The notes beneath the pieces are model-generated. The model was not told where the DNA came from. It ran no database searches and saw only the letters and a list, made by a program, of their open reading frames with translations. From Octopus vulgaris (Eukaryota), in assembly GCA_951406725.2 (NCBI GenBank), contig OX597832.1, positions 37,200,001 to 37,264,000 of the forward strand: DNA of 64,000 nucleotides, given 5' to 3'. A program made the position numbers and the translations under genes. Positions 12,875 to 27,015 of this stretch are shown here, piece by piece (within the stretch, counting starts at the first letter, position 1; every line of letters begins with the position of its first letter).

Positions 12875-13225
12875 CCATTTGCCTGGCTTTTATCTCCAGC
12901 TGCTGGTAGTATGCGATTCTCGATTCTTTCTGGAGATTTGAGGAATCAAACTCCCAAACTTACGGTACCCCCAGCCACTTAGTGATGCGCCTAATAAGTG
13001 AATGCAAATGGAATATCTTTTGTTTTTGTCTTCACCATCATTGCGAGGGTTTCTCTATAGGACAGGGGCTGGGTTCTCTTTTGGTTTTAGGATGATTTAC
13101 TAAATTCTTCGAGTACACTTTGTTTCCGAAGGGACGCGTTTAGTTCTACAAGAACAAGCAAAAGATCCCAAAATGTTGAATACCATTCTCGGCATATCTG
13201 GTTTTATAACCTTCTCCTACAGACA
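12875..13225 (-). mobile_element. Highly decayed non-LTR RT fragment, possibly HERO/NeSL-like
   Basis: IRRITKWLGVP resembles the R.LRKWLG.P motif of RLE-type elements; the remainder is weak. Confidence 0.35.
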
Positions 13226-13239
13226 TGCTAGAGACATGT

Positions 13240-13558
13240 GAAGGCATGTGGCTTAGTGATTAGGGTATTCAGTTCACGATCGAGAGTTCAATTCCCGGCA
13301 ATACGTTGTGTCCTTGAGCAAGACACTTTATTTCACGTTGCTCCAGTCTACTTAGCTGGCAAAAATGTGTAGTACCTGTATTTCAAAGGGCCAGACTTGT
13401 CCCTCTTTGTGTCACGCGGAATCTATCTGAGAACTACTTTAAGGGTACACATGTCTGTGGAGTGCTCAGCCACATGCACATTAATTTCACGAGCTTGCTG
13501 ATACGTTGATTGGATCAACTGAACTGGATCCCTCGACGTCGTAACCGACGGAGTGCCA
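13240..13558 (+). mobile_element. tRNA-derived SINE with a different head/core but the same 3' tail as 9946-10310
   Basis: A box TGGCTTAGTG, B box GTTCAATTCC, core TCCTTGAGCAAGACACT and the shared tail. Confidence 0.85.
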
Positions 13559-13605
13559 GTTTTTAATATATATGTATATTATATATGTATAATATATATA
13601 TATCT

Positions 13606-13678
<73 letters not shown>

Positions 13679-14323
13679 TTATAAACTGGGCCTATTTAGC
13701 TATTTCGCCGTCGACTGAGAAGAAACTGATGTTGGATTCCCAATCAGCGGCATCTGTATCGATTTGACCATTCCAAGAGAAATAAGCTGCCAATACATTT
13801 ATATTCTCATCAATTTCAGTAGTTCCACGAAACTGGGGCTAGTAATTTGCATATCGTTTTAACACTAATTTTAATGCCAGGGGCCGGCCAACTGGGATCT
13901 TCGTCCCCACAATATTAAGGTATAATATGTTATATGTAACCTAACTATTAAACATATACGTCTTTCCATATTGACTGGTATAATTCTTTTAAGATAGCAA
14001 AGTCTAAAATGTGAGCTTTGGTGTGTGTCTGTGTTTTTGCAGTAGAAATCGGCCGCAATAATTGCGGTTTCTTTGATTACCAAAATGATAAGCAAAAAAA
14101 AAAAAAAGAAAAGAAAAAAGAAATCAACCACTTGACTCGCACACTCGCACCTTACAAACATAATCTGTAAGCGGAACAGTAAAAATATGCAAGCCTTTTC
14201 TCAGGTTTAAAATGTGACACTGTTTCCGCTGTCTACATTCCAACGATGGAGCTTTGTATCTTACAGAAACCAATTCCTTCAACAAAGGAATAATCTAAAT
14301 AATTAAAACCAAAAAGGAACATT

Positions 14324-14522
14324 CATACATACATACATACATACATACATACATACATACATACATACATACATACATACATTCATACATACATACATAC
14401 ATACATACATACATACATACGTACATACATACATACATACATACATACATACATACATACATACATACATACATACACACACATATACATACATACATAC
14501 ATACATACATACATACATACAT

Positions 14523-14555
<33 letters not shown>

Positions 14556-14633
14556 TACATACATACATACATACATACATACATACATACATACATACAT
14601 ACATACATACATACATACATACATACATACATA
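14324..14633. repeat. (CATA)n microsatellite
   Basis: Direct reading. Confidence 0.95.
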
Positions 14634-14866
14634 AGACTGTCAGAGTCATTAGAGTGTGGGATAACTCAGAGTTTCTTCGGCTCTGGTGCCAGTACTTGTT
14701 GGAATTCTTATACCTTCTCGCTCGTTCTTGCTAGACGTGCTGGTTCAAGGCGTCTCCAACTGCTCACGACAACACAGGCATCGAAAGCAATCTGTGAAAG
14801 CAACGTATATCCCACCAAGACGTTTTTGATTGCTAAACATATCTGTAATTGCACATGCACATCTTT

Positions 14867-15232
<366 letters not shown>

Positions 15233-15414
15233 ACATATATACATACCGACACACATTTAATCTATAATCGTTAGCCAGAGAAAATATATTTTGTCGGACT
15301 AACGATTATGGATTAAATGTTGATTCACTCTCAGACTTCTCTTCGAGTTCTTCATTCTAAGTGGCCGGACATACCTTGGAACTTATCACCTCCTGGAAGG
15401 TATATACAAATATG

Positions 15415-15466
<52 letters not shown>

Positions 15467-15941
15467 CACATACATACGTATATATATGTGTGTGTGTATG
15501 TACATACATATATCTTAGTATATATATATTTCAATTTTTTTTCATTTTATCTAGTTTCAGCACATGAGCTGTGGCCAGGCTGGGGCATGTGTGTGTAACG
15601 GGGACAAATATCTATGATACCCACACAAGCACATAGACGTGAACATTCTAAGACATGTACCCATCATACTTTTTTTCCATTTTATTTTGCTTCGTGTTTT
15701 CGTCTTTAAGAGGTACTTGCCACTACTACAAGCACAGGCAACGGTTGCAGCAGCAGCAGCAGCACTACCACCAGCACACGTACCCCCACCCCCAGCAGCA
15801 GCAGCAGCAGCAACAACAACAACAACAACAATATCAACAACAACAAGCGTGTAATTTTTCAGATTCATGAAAATGAAAGCCAGGATAGACATAGAGGAAA
15901 TGAAATGACACAGGACACAGGAGAGAGAGAGAGAGAGAGAG

Positions 15942-15991
<50 letters not shown>

Positions 15992-16209
15992 AAAGCATTT
16001 CTTCTTAGAAAGAATATCTTTTGGAGAAAGAAGAAGAAGCAAATGGAAAAGGAGGGGGTGGTGAGCGGTTGAGAAAGATGAAGATGAAGAAGGAGAGGAG
16101 AGACGGAGAGAAACGTGAAAAAGTAAGCCGAAAATTGATGGATGACCGACCACGTTAAGAGTGAAAGTAAGGAATAGAAGCAAAGAAATAAAACAACGAT
16201 AACTAAATG

Positions 16210-16262
<53 letters not shown>

Positions 16263-16551
16263 TAATAATAATAATAATGATAATAATGATGATGATGATG
16301 ATGATGATGGTGGTGGTGACAGTGATGCAGTGATAATAATGATGATAATAGTGATAAGTATTTTCTAACAAAGAGATTCATTTAACTAAAACTGACTCCT
16401 GCGAAGTATAGGTGACATTTTTACCGGAACCAGCATAGCTAGATCAACTCGCAAAAGGTAATGATGTCACTTACACAGGCACCGACAGGCTCACACACAC
16501 ACACAGACATATACACTCACACTAACATATACATACACACACACACACATG

Positions 16552-16624
<73 letters not shown>

Positions 16625-16747
16625 TATATCATATACACACACACACACACACATACATTCACGTATACGAACAAGCACACATGTACCGCAAACTACTACC
16701 GACACCATTTCTGTCACATTCTACATCTCTCATATTGTCATCGAAGC

Positions 16748-16778
<31 letters not shown>

Positions 16779-16916
16779 TTCATCATCAAAATCATCTTCC
16801 GGCATCATCACCAGCGTTCACGTAGTCTTCACAAATACCAACATCGCCCTCACATTGAAATACCATTTCTATTTTATTATTTAACATATTAAAGTTATTA
16901 TTATTTAACGTATTGA

Positions 16917-17128
16917 GGCAGCGAGCTGGGAGAATCGTTAGCGCGCTGGACGAAATGTTTAGCGGTATTTCGTCCGTCGCTACGTTCTGAGTTCAAATTC
17001 CGTCGAGGTCGACTTTGCCTTTCATCCTTTCAGGGTCGATAAAATAAGGACCAGTTGAACACTGGGGTCGATGTAATGAATTAATCTCCACCTCTCGCAA
17101 GCTGCCCCTGTGGCAAAACTTTGAAATA
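16917..17128 (+). mobile_element. Short tRNA-derived SINE (same family as 8422-8631)
   Basis: Head, B box and core present. Other copies at about 21105-21235, 25195-25365, 25383-25625(-), 25665-25830(-), 27746-27940, 36765-36940 and 40385-40500. Confidence 0.85.
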
Positions 17129-17449
17129 ATTATTAACATATTATTTAACACAATGGAGAGACAACAAATCTTACATATTGATATAGCCATAAGCTAAACA
17201 ACACAATCCACAATCCACATACTGTTCTTTCGTACAGCCTACCTGAATATATAGTCGACCTGCATGGAAAACTAGGATCGTTTCATGCAATGACCCACTA
17301 AGAAAAGTTCTTTGTGGTTTTCGATATTGTTTACTTGTTTCAGTCATTAGGCTGCGGCCATGTTGGGGCACCGTCTTGAGTTTTAGTCCAACTAATCGAA
17401 CTAAATTGTACTTTTTGTTGTTTAATAAATATATTAGACAAAATGTTTA

Positions 17450-18885
17450 GTTACACGTTTTAGGATAGATATTTCTGTCAGACCGGAGTTTCAGTTACTC
17501 AAGGAGTGAATTTTTTCTTTGTTGCTTTGCGTGAATAACTCGCTTCACGACAGTCTCTTTGCAGAGACCAGCACCTACCCTAATACCTAATCTTCATGGT
17601 TCCGATGTCTTGGCAGAAGTTTTCTCCTTGTTCATCACTTATTGCACTATGATGTTCAGGGAGGGGGAGGTAATCCAAATGACCGTGCAGGAAATGCACT
17701 TTTACATTCATGGTGCAGCCCATTGTTCGAAAACTGGTTCACGGGGTCTGCACATATTCAGCAACTACACAACTACAGCAAAAGCATTCCAAGATTCTCT
17801 TTCAACACCAGACATTGTCTCCGAAAATTACTGGTCCTGCTCTAGCCACCTAATCTGTGGACCATCAAACTCATCAACCTCAATTTTCTCACAAGACAAA
17901 GCTGGAAACTTTCTGCTCAAGTATTCAAAACAGCCACTGTCTCAGTGTTTCAACACATACTTTGCACAGTATAGAGCTGCCAGGATTTGCCTTGATCACC
18001 CAGCTTCATATCAAAGTAAGTAAGGTAAGCTTTCTTCACAAAATCTGTAATTTTTGTTTCGCTGTCTAGATCCAAAATTATAGCCGAAAACAACGGGGTT
18101 ATTTTCTTCTCTCACAACTGGCCGTATTTCTGAAATGCAAAACATATTCAAACCAATTGTTACCTTGGAAAGTCATTTTCAGAATTGTCAACAGTTCTAA
18201 AGTAATCACATGCAGATTCTCTGATGGTAAAGAGCATACATAATATGAAGTTCTTTCAACAGTATTTTGACAATGCTTGATAAAAAGTGACCTTGATCCA
18301 TGTGACCTCACAATTAAAATATTAAGGGCGCATTCAAAATACCAGTTTTCATAAGAAATAGTTAAAGGTTCAACAGAACATGTCTCACCTGGTTTGCAAT
18401 GATAGCCACACTAAATCGAGCACAGCGCAGACATATCCGTAGACACATTCCACAAATATAAGACATATATATTGTCAAGAACCACAGAAATGTGTTGTTT
18501 AACATCTTATTCTATAAAGAACATTTCTCTCATCATTGTGACATTTAAAACTGTTTAGACTGAAAATAGTGAAGTTGCTCAAGGTTGATGCTTTTTATTT
18601 ACTGAAGATACTTAAATCATGACTTTTGATTTCACTTTTGTAGTTTCTTTTACTTTAAATGATATAGTAAAACTATGTTTTACAAAGTTATCTCAAGCTC
18701 CATACATGGGTCTGCATTTGATGAAGCCAAGTCTATCATTAGAAAAGGTGACGATACTAGAATTGTTGAAAAATGGACATTTCAATTTGTGAAAAATCTT
18801 GACGTGATAGAGCAAAATGGATTTCGTTTTTGAAATCAGCATCCCTGAATTACGGGGATACATGTCTCCAATATCAGACACAGAG
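17450..18885 (-). mobile_element. Decayed, internally deleted Chapaev3-like (CMC) DNA transposon
   Basis: Minus-strand peptides ITDFVKK..YFDMKLGDQGKSW..CKVCVETLRQW and MGCTMNVKVHFLHGHLDY..AISDEQGENFCQDI..CWSLQRD. Subterminal TTGACGTGATAGAG...GAAATCAGCA. Superfamily assigned from motif memory. Confidence 0.7.
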
Positions 18886-19004
18886 CAATCATTCTTTATA
18901 TGGTATGATGCTGTTAGCGACTCGTTCAGACATTCAGCATTTTGGAAAAAAAGGGGAACCTGTGATTGGCTTCCTATTACTCGTTTTAAATTGCAACGTA
19001 ACCA

Positions 19005-19043
<39 letters not shown>

Positions 19044-19052
19044 AAGAAAGAA

Positions 19053-19084
<32 letters not shown>

Positions 19085-19435
19085 TGGGTAGGTGGGGGAA
19101 AGAATGATTCCAATATTTGACTGGTATTTTATTTATTTATCGAGGTGGAAAACTGAAAGGAAAAGTTGGCACCAGCGAGAGGGTGCAAAGAATCAAAGCA
19201 AATCGCCCGAAGCATTCTATCCGATGCTCCAACCTCTTTCCCAAATATTTATGCAATATACATTGTATACAGTAAACTATAGATTATAGAGATTATATAT
19301 TTTTCTGTCAAGAAATGGAATGGAATTCAATATAACGGAAAATCTTTTAAATGCCTGTCATGTATTGTTAACACCGCCTCCCTAAAACAATCTCTCTCTC
19401 TCTCTTTGTCTCTCTCTTTGCACACTCTGTCTTTG

Positions 19436-19489
<54 letters not shown>

Positions 19490-20504
19490 CTTTATCGTTT
19501 ACTTGTTTCAATCATTGGACTGCGACCATCTGGGGTACCGTCTTGAAGGGCTTTAGTCGAACAGACTTACCAAAGCACTTATTTGACTTATTCTACGACT
19601 CTCTTGTTGTCAAGCGGTGGTGAGGAACAAACTAAAAGACACACACGTAGACACACACATATACACACATACATACATACGATGGGCTGCTTCCAGTTTC
19701 TGTCTACCAAATCCTTTGGTCGGCCCTGGGCTATAATAGAAGTCACACTTAGAGTTAGCAGTCGCAGTGTCTGTTCCCTTCATTATATCTTTTCTTTCTA
19801 TTTGTTAATGTTCCGCAAACTTTTGAGAATGGTCCTTTGAGATCGAAAATTTTATTGAATAAAAACAGAATAAAACAAAAACAAACAAAATCAACAGAAA
19901 AAAACAATAAAATTTAATTTTAATAATCCATATTGTTTGTCATTAAAAAACGATATGAAAAATATTTAATTGATGCGATGCTTGAAATTAGCCTCACACA
20001 AAATGCTAATTATCGCATGCAGCCAAATGAATTCGAAGTAATATTTACATTTGGCGCATGGAAAACACAAGACTTGCCGGAAGTTTCGATGTGCCGCTGC
20101 GGTAACGATTTGAACTTTGCTCAATTGGTTCCCGACCTTCAACTGAGACAACCGAAATATTTGCCTGTCAAATTTTCTTTTTCTATATTTGCCTATCTTT
20201 TGCTATCTGCCCTTTTGAAATGGATCATTTGGGATCAAATATTTATGCAGAAAACAGTAACCAGAGCAATAAAAATGTTAAGTTATGAATTTGTGTTGTT
20301 TGTCTTTGAAATCTGTTAAAATCCCAATTGATATTGAAGTTGAACTTATGGGACACAGAACGACGATATATTCTTTTGTTTCAGTCATTTGAGTGCGGCC
20401 ATGCTGGAGCACCACCTTTAGTCGAACAAATCGATCCCAGGACGTATATATATGGAAATGGTAGGGGCGCCTTTCTGCTTGTTGTCAGTAGCATTCTTTT
20501 TCTT

Positions 20505-20902
20505 TTACTCTTTTACTTGTTTCTGTCATTTGACTGCGGCCATGCTGTAGCACCGCCTTTAGTTGAGGAAATCGACTCCAGGACTTATTCTTTGTAAGCC
20601 TAGTACTTATTCTCTCGGTCTCTTTTTGCCGAATCGCTAAGTTACGGGGACGTAAACACACCAGCATCGGTTGTCAAGCGATGTTGGGGGGACAAACACA
20701 GATAGACAAACACGCACACAAATATACATACATATATACGACGGGTTTCTTTCAGTTTCTGTCTACCAAATCCACTCACAAGGCTTTGGTCGGCCCGAGG
20801 CTATAGTAGAAGACACTTGTCCAAGGTGCCACGCAGTGGGACTGAACCCGGAACCATGTGGTTGGTAAGCAAGCTACTTACCACACAGCCACTCCTGCGC
20901 CT
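20505..20902 (-). mobile_element. Full-length about 400-bp tRNA-derived SINE with an internal TA/CA microsatellite
   Basis: Head GGCGCAGGAGTGGCTGTGTGG..GGTTCAGTCCC. Near-identical to 23315-23730 and 39200-39590. Fragments at about 17330-17400, 19495-19745, 20375-20445, 22595-22895, 33220-33340, 34775-35100 and 57075-57335. Confidence 0.9.
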
Positions 20903-20916
20903 AAAGGATAGAAAGA

Positions 20917-21035
20917 TGTTTACAGCACCTAGGTTTCCCAAGCGGTCACCCATCTAAGTACTAACTAGACTCGACTTTGCTTAACTTTGGTGATCGGACG
21001 ACAACCGGTGTTTTCAAAGTGATATGCCCGTAAAC
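20917..21035 (-). rRNA. Solitary full-length (119 nt) 5S rRNA-like copy, probably a pseudogene or variant
   Basis: Reverse complement GTTTACGGGCATATCACTTTGAAAACACCGGTTGTCGTCCGATCACCAAAGTTAAGC...TTAGTACTTAGATGGGTGACCGCTTGGGAAACCTAGGTGCTGTAAACA. Box A/C regions and helices I-V are recognisable. No T4 terminator directly downstream. Confidence 0.92.
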
Positions 21036-22491
21036 ATGTATATAAAGTTTGATTGTATATGTGTGTGTGCGTTCGCGCACTTGTGTATGTGTGTATGCTT
21101 AAGTTCCGTTGAGACCGACTTTGTCTTTAATCCTTTTGACATCGATGAAATAAGTACCACTAGAGCACAGGGGTCGATGTAATCGACTAGCCCCCTCCCC
21201 CAAACTTCAAACCTCGTTCCTTATAGTAGATAGGATCATTGTTGTTGCTGTTGTTGTTGTCTTGTTAGATTATTCTCAAATACCTTTTAGAGTCGTTAAG
21301 ATAAAGTAGCACTCAAGTACTGGCGCGATGTCATCGACCAAATCTTTACCTGAAAACTCTTGCTCTTGGTGTGACTCAGAAATAATAATTGCTATTATTT
21401 TCGTTGTCACTATCAATGTTGTCATTTATCCCCAGTCCAACCATGATTGACCAAGCTTATGATTAAAGGTATTCCAACTATCACCATCTCATCTCTTTCC
21501 TAAACCTTATCTAAAGTGTTGGTCGGATGCGATTTGAGTGAGTTTTGAGCGGCTGTTTCTAGCCAATCGGATGATCTCGTAGACCTGCGTAACGTTTTTA
21601 TTGTGTTGTTGTAGTTGTTGATGTTGTTTAGCTTCGGATAACCCTAATTCAGTGTATCTATAAACCCGTGATCAAAAGCGTTCCAGCCATAACCAATCTG
21701 TCTGTTAAGGTATCGAGCTGGTTAGAATCGTTGGCACGCCGGACAAAATGCTGAGTGGCATTTCGTATCTTTATTTTAACATTGGTTAACGTGTCCTTCA
21801 TTCTTTGGCGACAGACGGGTATGATTTGAAGGGGATTTAGCTGCTATTTATGCCAGATCGAACGACCACGTACAGGGCTTGTTCGTTGTCGTTATGGCTC
21901 TTTTGTCAGATTAAGGAATCAACACCAGGACTAAGTCACTTGAACTCGCCGAACCTTGACACAAGCTGCTGACAGACGGGATTCACTGAAGCGTGTCAGC
22001 CCTTCCTTCCCTCCTTTCCTCCTCCTCAACCCTCTCTCAATTTCATCATCATCTCCTCCTCCCACGTCTCCCTTCTACTCCCTTATCTCTCTCACTCTTT
22101 CTCTTTGTAGCCTTAATCAGTCATCCATCCTTCCATCTATCATTGTCAGAATCTTTGTCTAACAAGGATGAGGCGGAGGGGAGGCGGAGCAGCTGTTGGT
22201 GAGGGGGGGGGGGGGAGATGGTGAAGGGGATGGTGACAGGAGAAGGGTACAACGCGGTGGAGGCGTGAAGCGATTTCGGCTACCATATCTCTTTTTCATC
22301 TAGTTTATTTTCACGCCTCTACACCTAGTAGCACCCGCACACACGCACACACACACGCACACATACACGCGTAGGCACGCACACACAAACTCAGAAATAT
22401 AAATGTACATACATACATGTGCATACACATACACAGACACAACACACACATGCATACGCAAAGTAAACATACACAACACAAATTGAAATGC

Positions 22492-22546
<55 letters not shown>

Positions 22547-22899
22547 TAAATACATGCACACATATATACTGTGAAGAGTAGAAGTTATATATGTATGGTT
22601 CCGGGTTCAATCCCAGTGCGTCGCACCTTGGGCATGTGTCTTCTACTATAGCTTCAAGTCGACCAAAGCCTTGTGAGTAGATTTGGTGGATGGAAACTGA
22701 AAGAAGCCCGTCGTACCTATGTATATTTTACCTTCCATCTTTTACTTGCTTAGCCATTAGACAATGGCCATGCTGGAGCACCACCACGAAGAATTTTTAG
22801 TTGGACGTATCGGCCTCAGTATTTATTTCTTAAAGCCTGGCACTTGTACTTATTTTATCGATCGCTTTGGTTGAACCGTTAAGTTATGGGGACGGTATC

Positions 22900-23128
22900 A
22901 AGCTTTTTTTCATTCGCAAAACATACATTTTTTTAAAAAAGGAAGTAAAAGAAATCTGAAAATCGGCTATAATAATGTAGCCATCCAGTTTCATTGCTTT
23001 GAAGGTATGATGCTGCGGAGAAAAAAATTGGAAAAAAAAATTACAGAGGTTTAAAAATCGAAAAACACTGGGTATTTTTAGCCAATAGCGAGACAAATTT
23101 TTCTGCGTTTAGTGGAGCGGTGTCAACT
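22900..23128 (-). mobile_element. Non-autonomous DNA transposon end, possibly TTAA-targeting (Kolobok-like)
   Basis: Ends in GTGTCAACT|TTAA and abuts a SINE fragment; the other terminus was not found. Confidence 0.3.
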
Positions 23129-23220
23129 TTAAGGTTGTATCCTGTGAAATTTATAGTTTAGCGTCTGACCTGTTCATTGTAGTTTATAAATAAACAGAAA
23201 TACATAATAAAATCAACACA

Positions 23221-23278
<58 letters not shown>

Positions 23279-23279
23279 T

Positions 23280-23314
<35 letters not shown>

Positions 23315-23479
23315 GGCGCAAGAGTGGCTGCGTGGTAAGTAGCTTGCTTACCAACCACATGGTTCCTGGTTCAGTCCCACTGCGTGGCACATTGGGAAAT
23401 TGCCTTCTACTATAGCCTCAGGCTGACCAAATTACTGTGATTGGTTTTGGTAGACGTAAACCGAAAGAAGCCCGTCGCA

Positions 23480-23543
<64 letters not shown>

Positions 23544-23730
23544 TGTGTGTGTATATGTTTGTACCTGTGTTTGTCCCCCCTCCCAAACATCGCCTGATGT
23601 TCGGCAAAAAGAGACCGGTAGAATAAGTACTAAGCTTACAAAGAATATGTCCCGGGGTCGATTTGTTCGACTAAAGGCGCTGCTCCAGTATGGCCACAGT
23701 CAGATGACTGAAACAAGTAAAAAGACAAAA
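23315..23730 (+). mobile_element. About 400-bp SINE, same family as 20505-20902
   Basis: Head to tail present, with a small internal deletion. Confidence 0.9.
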
Positions 23731-23757
23731 AGAAATATATATATATATTTATACACT

Positions 23758-23799
<42 letters not shown>

Positions 23800-24224
23800 A
23801 ACATATACATACACACACAAATATATACTTACATGATGTAAATACGATGAAGTGTCACTCTAATGCAATCAACCGCAAACGTTACGTAAACTTTTCACTT
23901 GAAACCATTTACGTGAAATGGCGTTAAAAACGGGGCGCTACCGAAACAATCGTAACAGATGCTGAACATGTGCAAAATTCATTTACGTGCAATATTTGTT
24001 CATACACACACACACACATATTTAAATACATACATACATACACGCATATACATACTACTTACATAAGAACATATAAATGAATACGTGCATACATTCATAT
24101 ATACATACTCACATATACGTACATACTACTTACATTCATACGCATATACACATATACACATATACATATATATATATATATATATATAAAGAGAGAGAGA
24201 GAGAGATAGATATGAAGATAGATA

Positions 24225-24688
24225 TGTTTCTTTATTAGCCACACAGGGCTGCACACAGATAGAACAAATTACAAGGTAGAGCTTTTCTTTTGAAGGTTTA
24301 AAAAATAAAAAAATAAAAAATAAAAAATAAAATAAAAATAAAAAAAGGGGGGGTCGATCAAAAGGGATCGTAAAAGGAAAAAAAGGGGGGTTAAAAAAGG
24401 GGGGGTAAAAAAAAAGGGGGAGAGGAAAAAATTGATCAATAGGGATCGTTATCACAGAAATGTCAATATGAAGTGTAAGGGGGAGGACAGGTGAGGTTTA
24501 CCCGTGGAAAGAAAAGCCTACGGAAAATACCACGGTAACCTCGGTCAATGAAGTCACATGTTATATTTCTTTTTTTCTTTTTTTTTTTTTGCAAATAAGC
24601 AACTCTCTGTATTAATTTTTACGGTTCATAGAATCATAGTCAAGGTGGCTTCGTCATTCATACGTGCCATCCTTGCTACATTCACCCA
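24225..24688 (-). mobile_element. Tx1-like LINE, copy 2 (5'-truncated)
   Basis: Reverse complement of about 1132-1570. Flanked by the direct repeat TATGAAGATAGATA at 24211-24224 and 24689-24702. Confidence 0.85.
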
Positions 24689-24692
24689 TATG

Positions 24693-24754
<62 letters not shown>

Positions 24755-24756
24755 TG

Positions 24757-24832
<76 letters not shown>

Positions 24833-25412
24833 GAATAAATCCGTGCAATAATATCACCTTTCTATATGTTGCTATCTTTACTGTCCCACGCCATCACTCA
24901 ACCGTTGGTAGCCAATGACATTGATGTATTTAACTGATCAGCAGGAAAGGTCAGGTAGTAAAGCTAAGCAACAACAACAACAACAACAACAACAGTAACA
25001 ACGACTACAAGAATACCAACTACAACAACAACAATAACATCATCAGTCACAACACTAGCAAAAGCAATACTAACAAGGAAAACAACTGAAATAATAACAA
25101 TGACGTCAGCTGCAACGACATTCCAATATACAACAACAACAACAGCAAAGAAACAAGAACATTAGTAAAACTAATCAAAGCGGTAATGATGCGTGGCGGC
25201 ACTTCGTCCGTCTCTACGTACTGCGTTCAAATTCCACCGAGGTTGACTTTGTCTTTCATCCTTCTGGGATCTATGAAATAAGTACCAGTTGATTACTGGG
25301 GTCGATGTAATCAACTTGGGCCCTTCCTAAAAACTGCTGGCATTGTGTCAAAATTCGAAACCAATATTAGTAGAACCAATTGTTCAAATTTTGGCAAAAG
25401 GCCAGCAATTGT

Positions 25413-25472
<60 letters not shown>

Positions 25473-26059
25473 TTAGTTGATTACATCGACCTGGTACTTA
25501 TTTTATTGATCCCGAAAGGATGAAAGACTACGTGGATCTTGGGGTAATTTGAACTCACGACGTAAAGAGCCAGAAGAAGTGTCGTTATGCATTGTGTCCG
25601 ACGTACTAACGATTCTGTCCGCTTTCCACATGTGTGGATCATCCTTTTTAATATCGGCGCAAGACTTGAAATTTTGTGGGCCGAGACTAGTCATCTCGTA
25701 CTTATTTCATCGATCCCGAAGGACTGGAAAGATGAAAGACAAAGTCGTGCTCAGCGGAGTTTGAACTCAAAACGTAAAACGAACGAAATGCCGCTAAGTA
25801 ATTTTACCGGCGTGCTAACGATTCTGCCTCCTCCCTGCTTTAACAGTACTACTAATAATGGTTTCAAAATTTGGCACAAGGCGAGCACAATAGAGGGAAG
25901 GTGTAAGTCGATTACATCGAACTCAATACTCAACTGGTACTGTCCAGCTGGATAGACAGTGATCAATCTTCGAGAAGCAATCCCGACTGTTGTGAAACTG
26001 TGTAAACCCAGAGTAGAAGACGAGAAGTTTTGTGCGGGGCAGAAACTGACCGACATCCG

Positions 26060-26240
26060 TGCGGGTCCTGAATTCACGGCAGTGCGGTGTGAAAGGTATA
26101 TGTATGCCAGATTTTTCAATAGCACCGTCTTACCTGCGCTTTTTTTTATGCAAGTGAGACGTGACCCACTTCGAAAAGGATCGATCATCGTTTGGCAACG
26201 ACATTAGAGAGTGTGTTCAAAATGAGATAACTCCATAACA
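26060..26240 (+). mobile_element. RTE-clade RT C-terminal fragment
   Basis: ARFFNSTVLPAL followed, after a frameshift, by YASET*; matches LFNSTVLPALLYASETW. Confidence 0.65.
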
Positions 26241-26987
26241 GAGCGGAATGAACAATGTGATCACAGAGTACTGAAAGCACAAATTCTGCTGAGCCGGACA
26301 TCCAACCGATTTTAATGATTTTTGGCACATAGGTAGATCACATGCCATGAAGTTCAAATACTGCTGGAATTTTTCGAAAACTCGATAATGCTCAGTTGAC
26401 ATCGATTTTTATGAGCTCAATCAGGCGTTTGATGAAAATCGATGAGTGAGAGAGGCTCATAGCAGTGAGTTGATGTCAGTATATGGCGTTGACAAAAAAT
26501 CGATAATTGTGCCTGAGCAGTGGTTTTATAAAATCAATACTTTTTTTTTGCGTGCAAATACCCATAGGGATTTTATTTTTGGCTGTAACTTTTATATTTT
26601 TCATCCGATTTTAATGAAATTTGAGATTTAGGTAAATTGTGTGGTAGGGGAGACGGTAAAGGTTTTAATTTAATTCCAGAGGAATCGGCAGGGCACAAGC
26701 ATGTATCACCTTTTTTCAGAGACTATTCAATCGATTTTTAAGATATGTTACACATTATTACAGTTCATGTCCAAATGCGGCATGTAGAGTTGACAAAAAA
26801 TCGATAATTGCGCGTGGGCAGAGGAATATTATCAAATTAATAGACCTTTTGCGTGCAATTGAACTACACTCCAATTATCGGGTACCTCAGCTAAAATACC
26901 TCGAACATGACGTCAACCGTAAGATTCAGAAAGAAATTTCATCAAGCAAAAGTTAGAACGGCATAGGCTTATCCTTAACAGAGAAAA

Positions 26988-27015
26988 GCCGGGAAACGCC
27001 GGGTACAACAGCTAG
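26988..27015 (+). mobile_element. Helitron 3' terminus
   Basis: GCCGGGAAACGCCGGG hairpin-like segment followed by CTAG|T, similar to 9512-9539. Confidence 0.55.

Noticed and set aside
15639-15870. PolyQ/polyA coding exon
   Set aside because: Mostly CAG/CAA repeats with early stops; a plausible acceptor exists at 15710 but no convincing coding continuation
17559-18023. 154-aa plus-strand ORF as a host gene
   Set aside because: It is antisense to the Chapaev3-like transposase remnant
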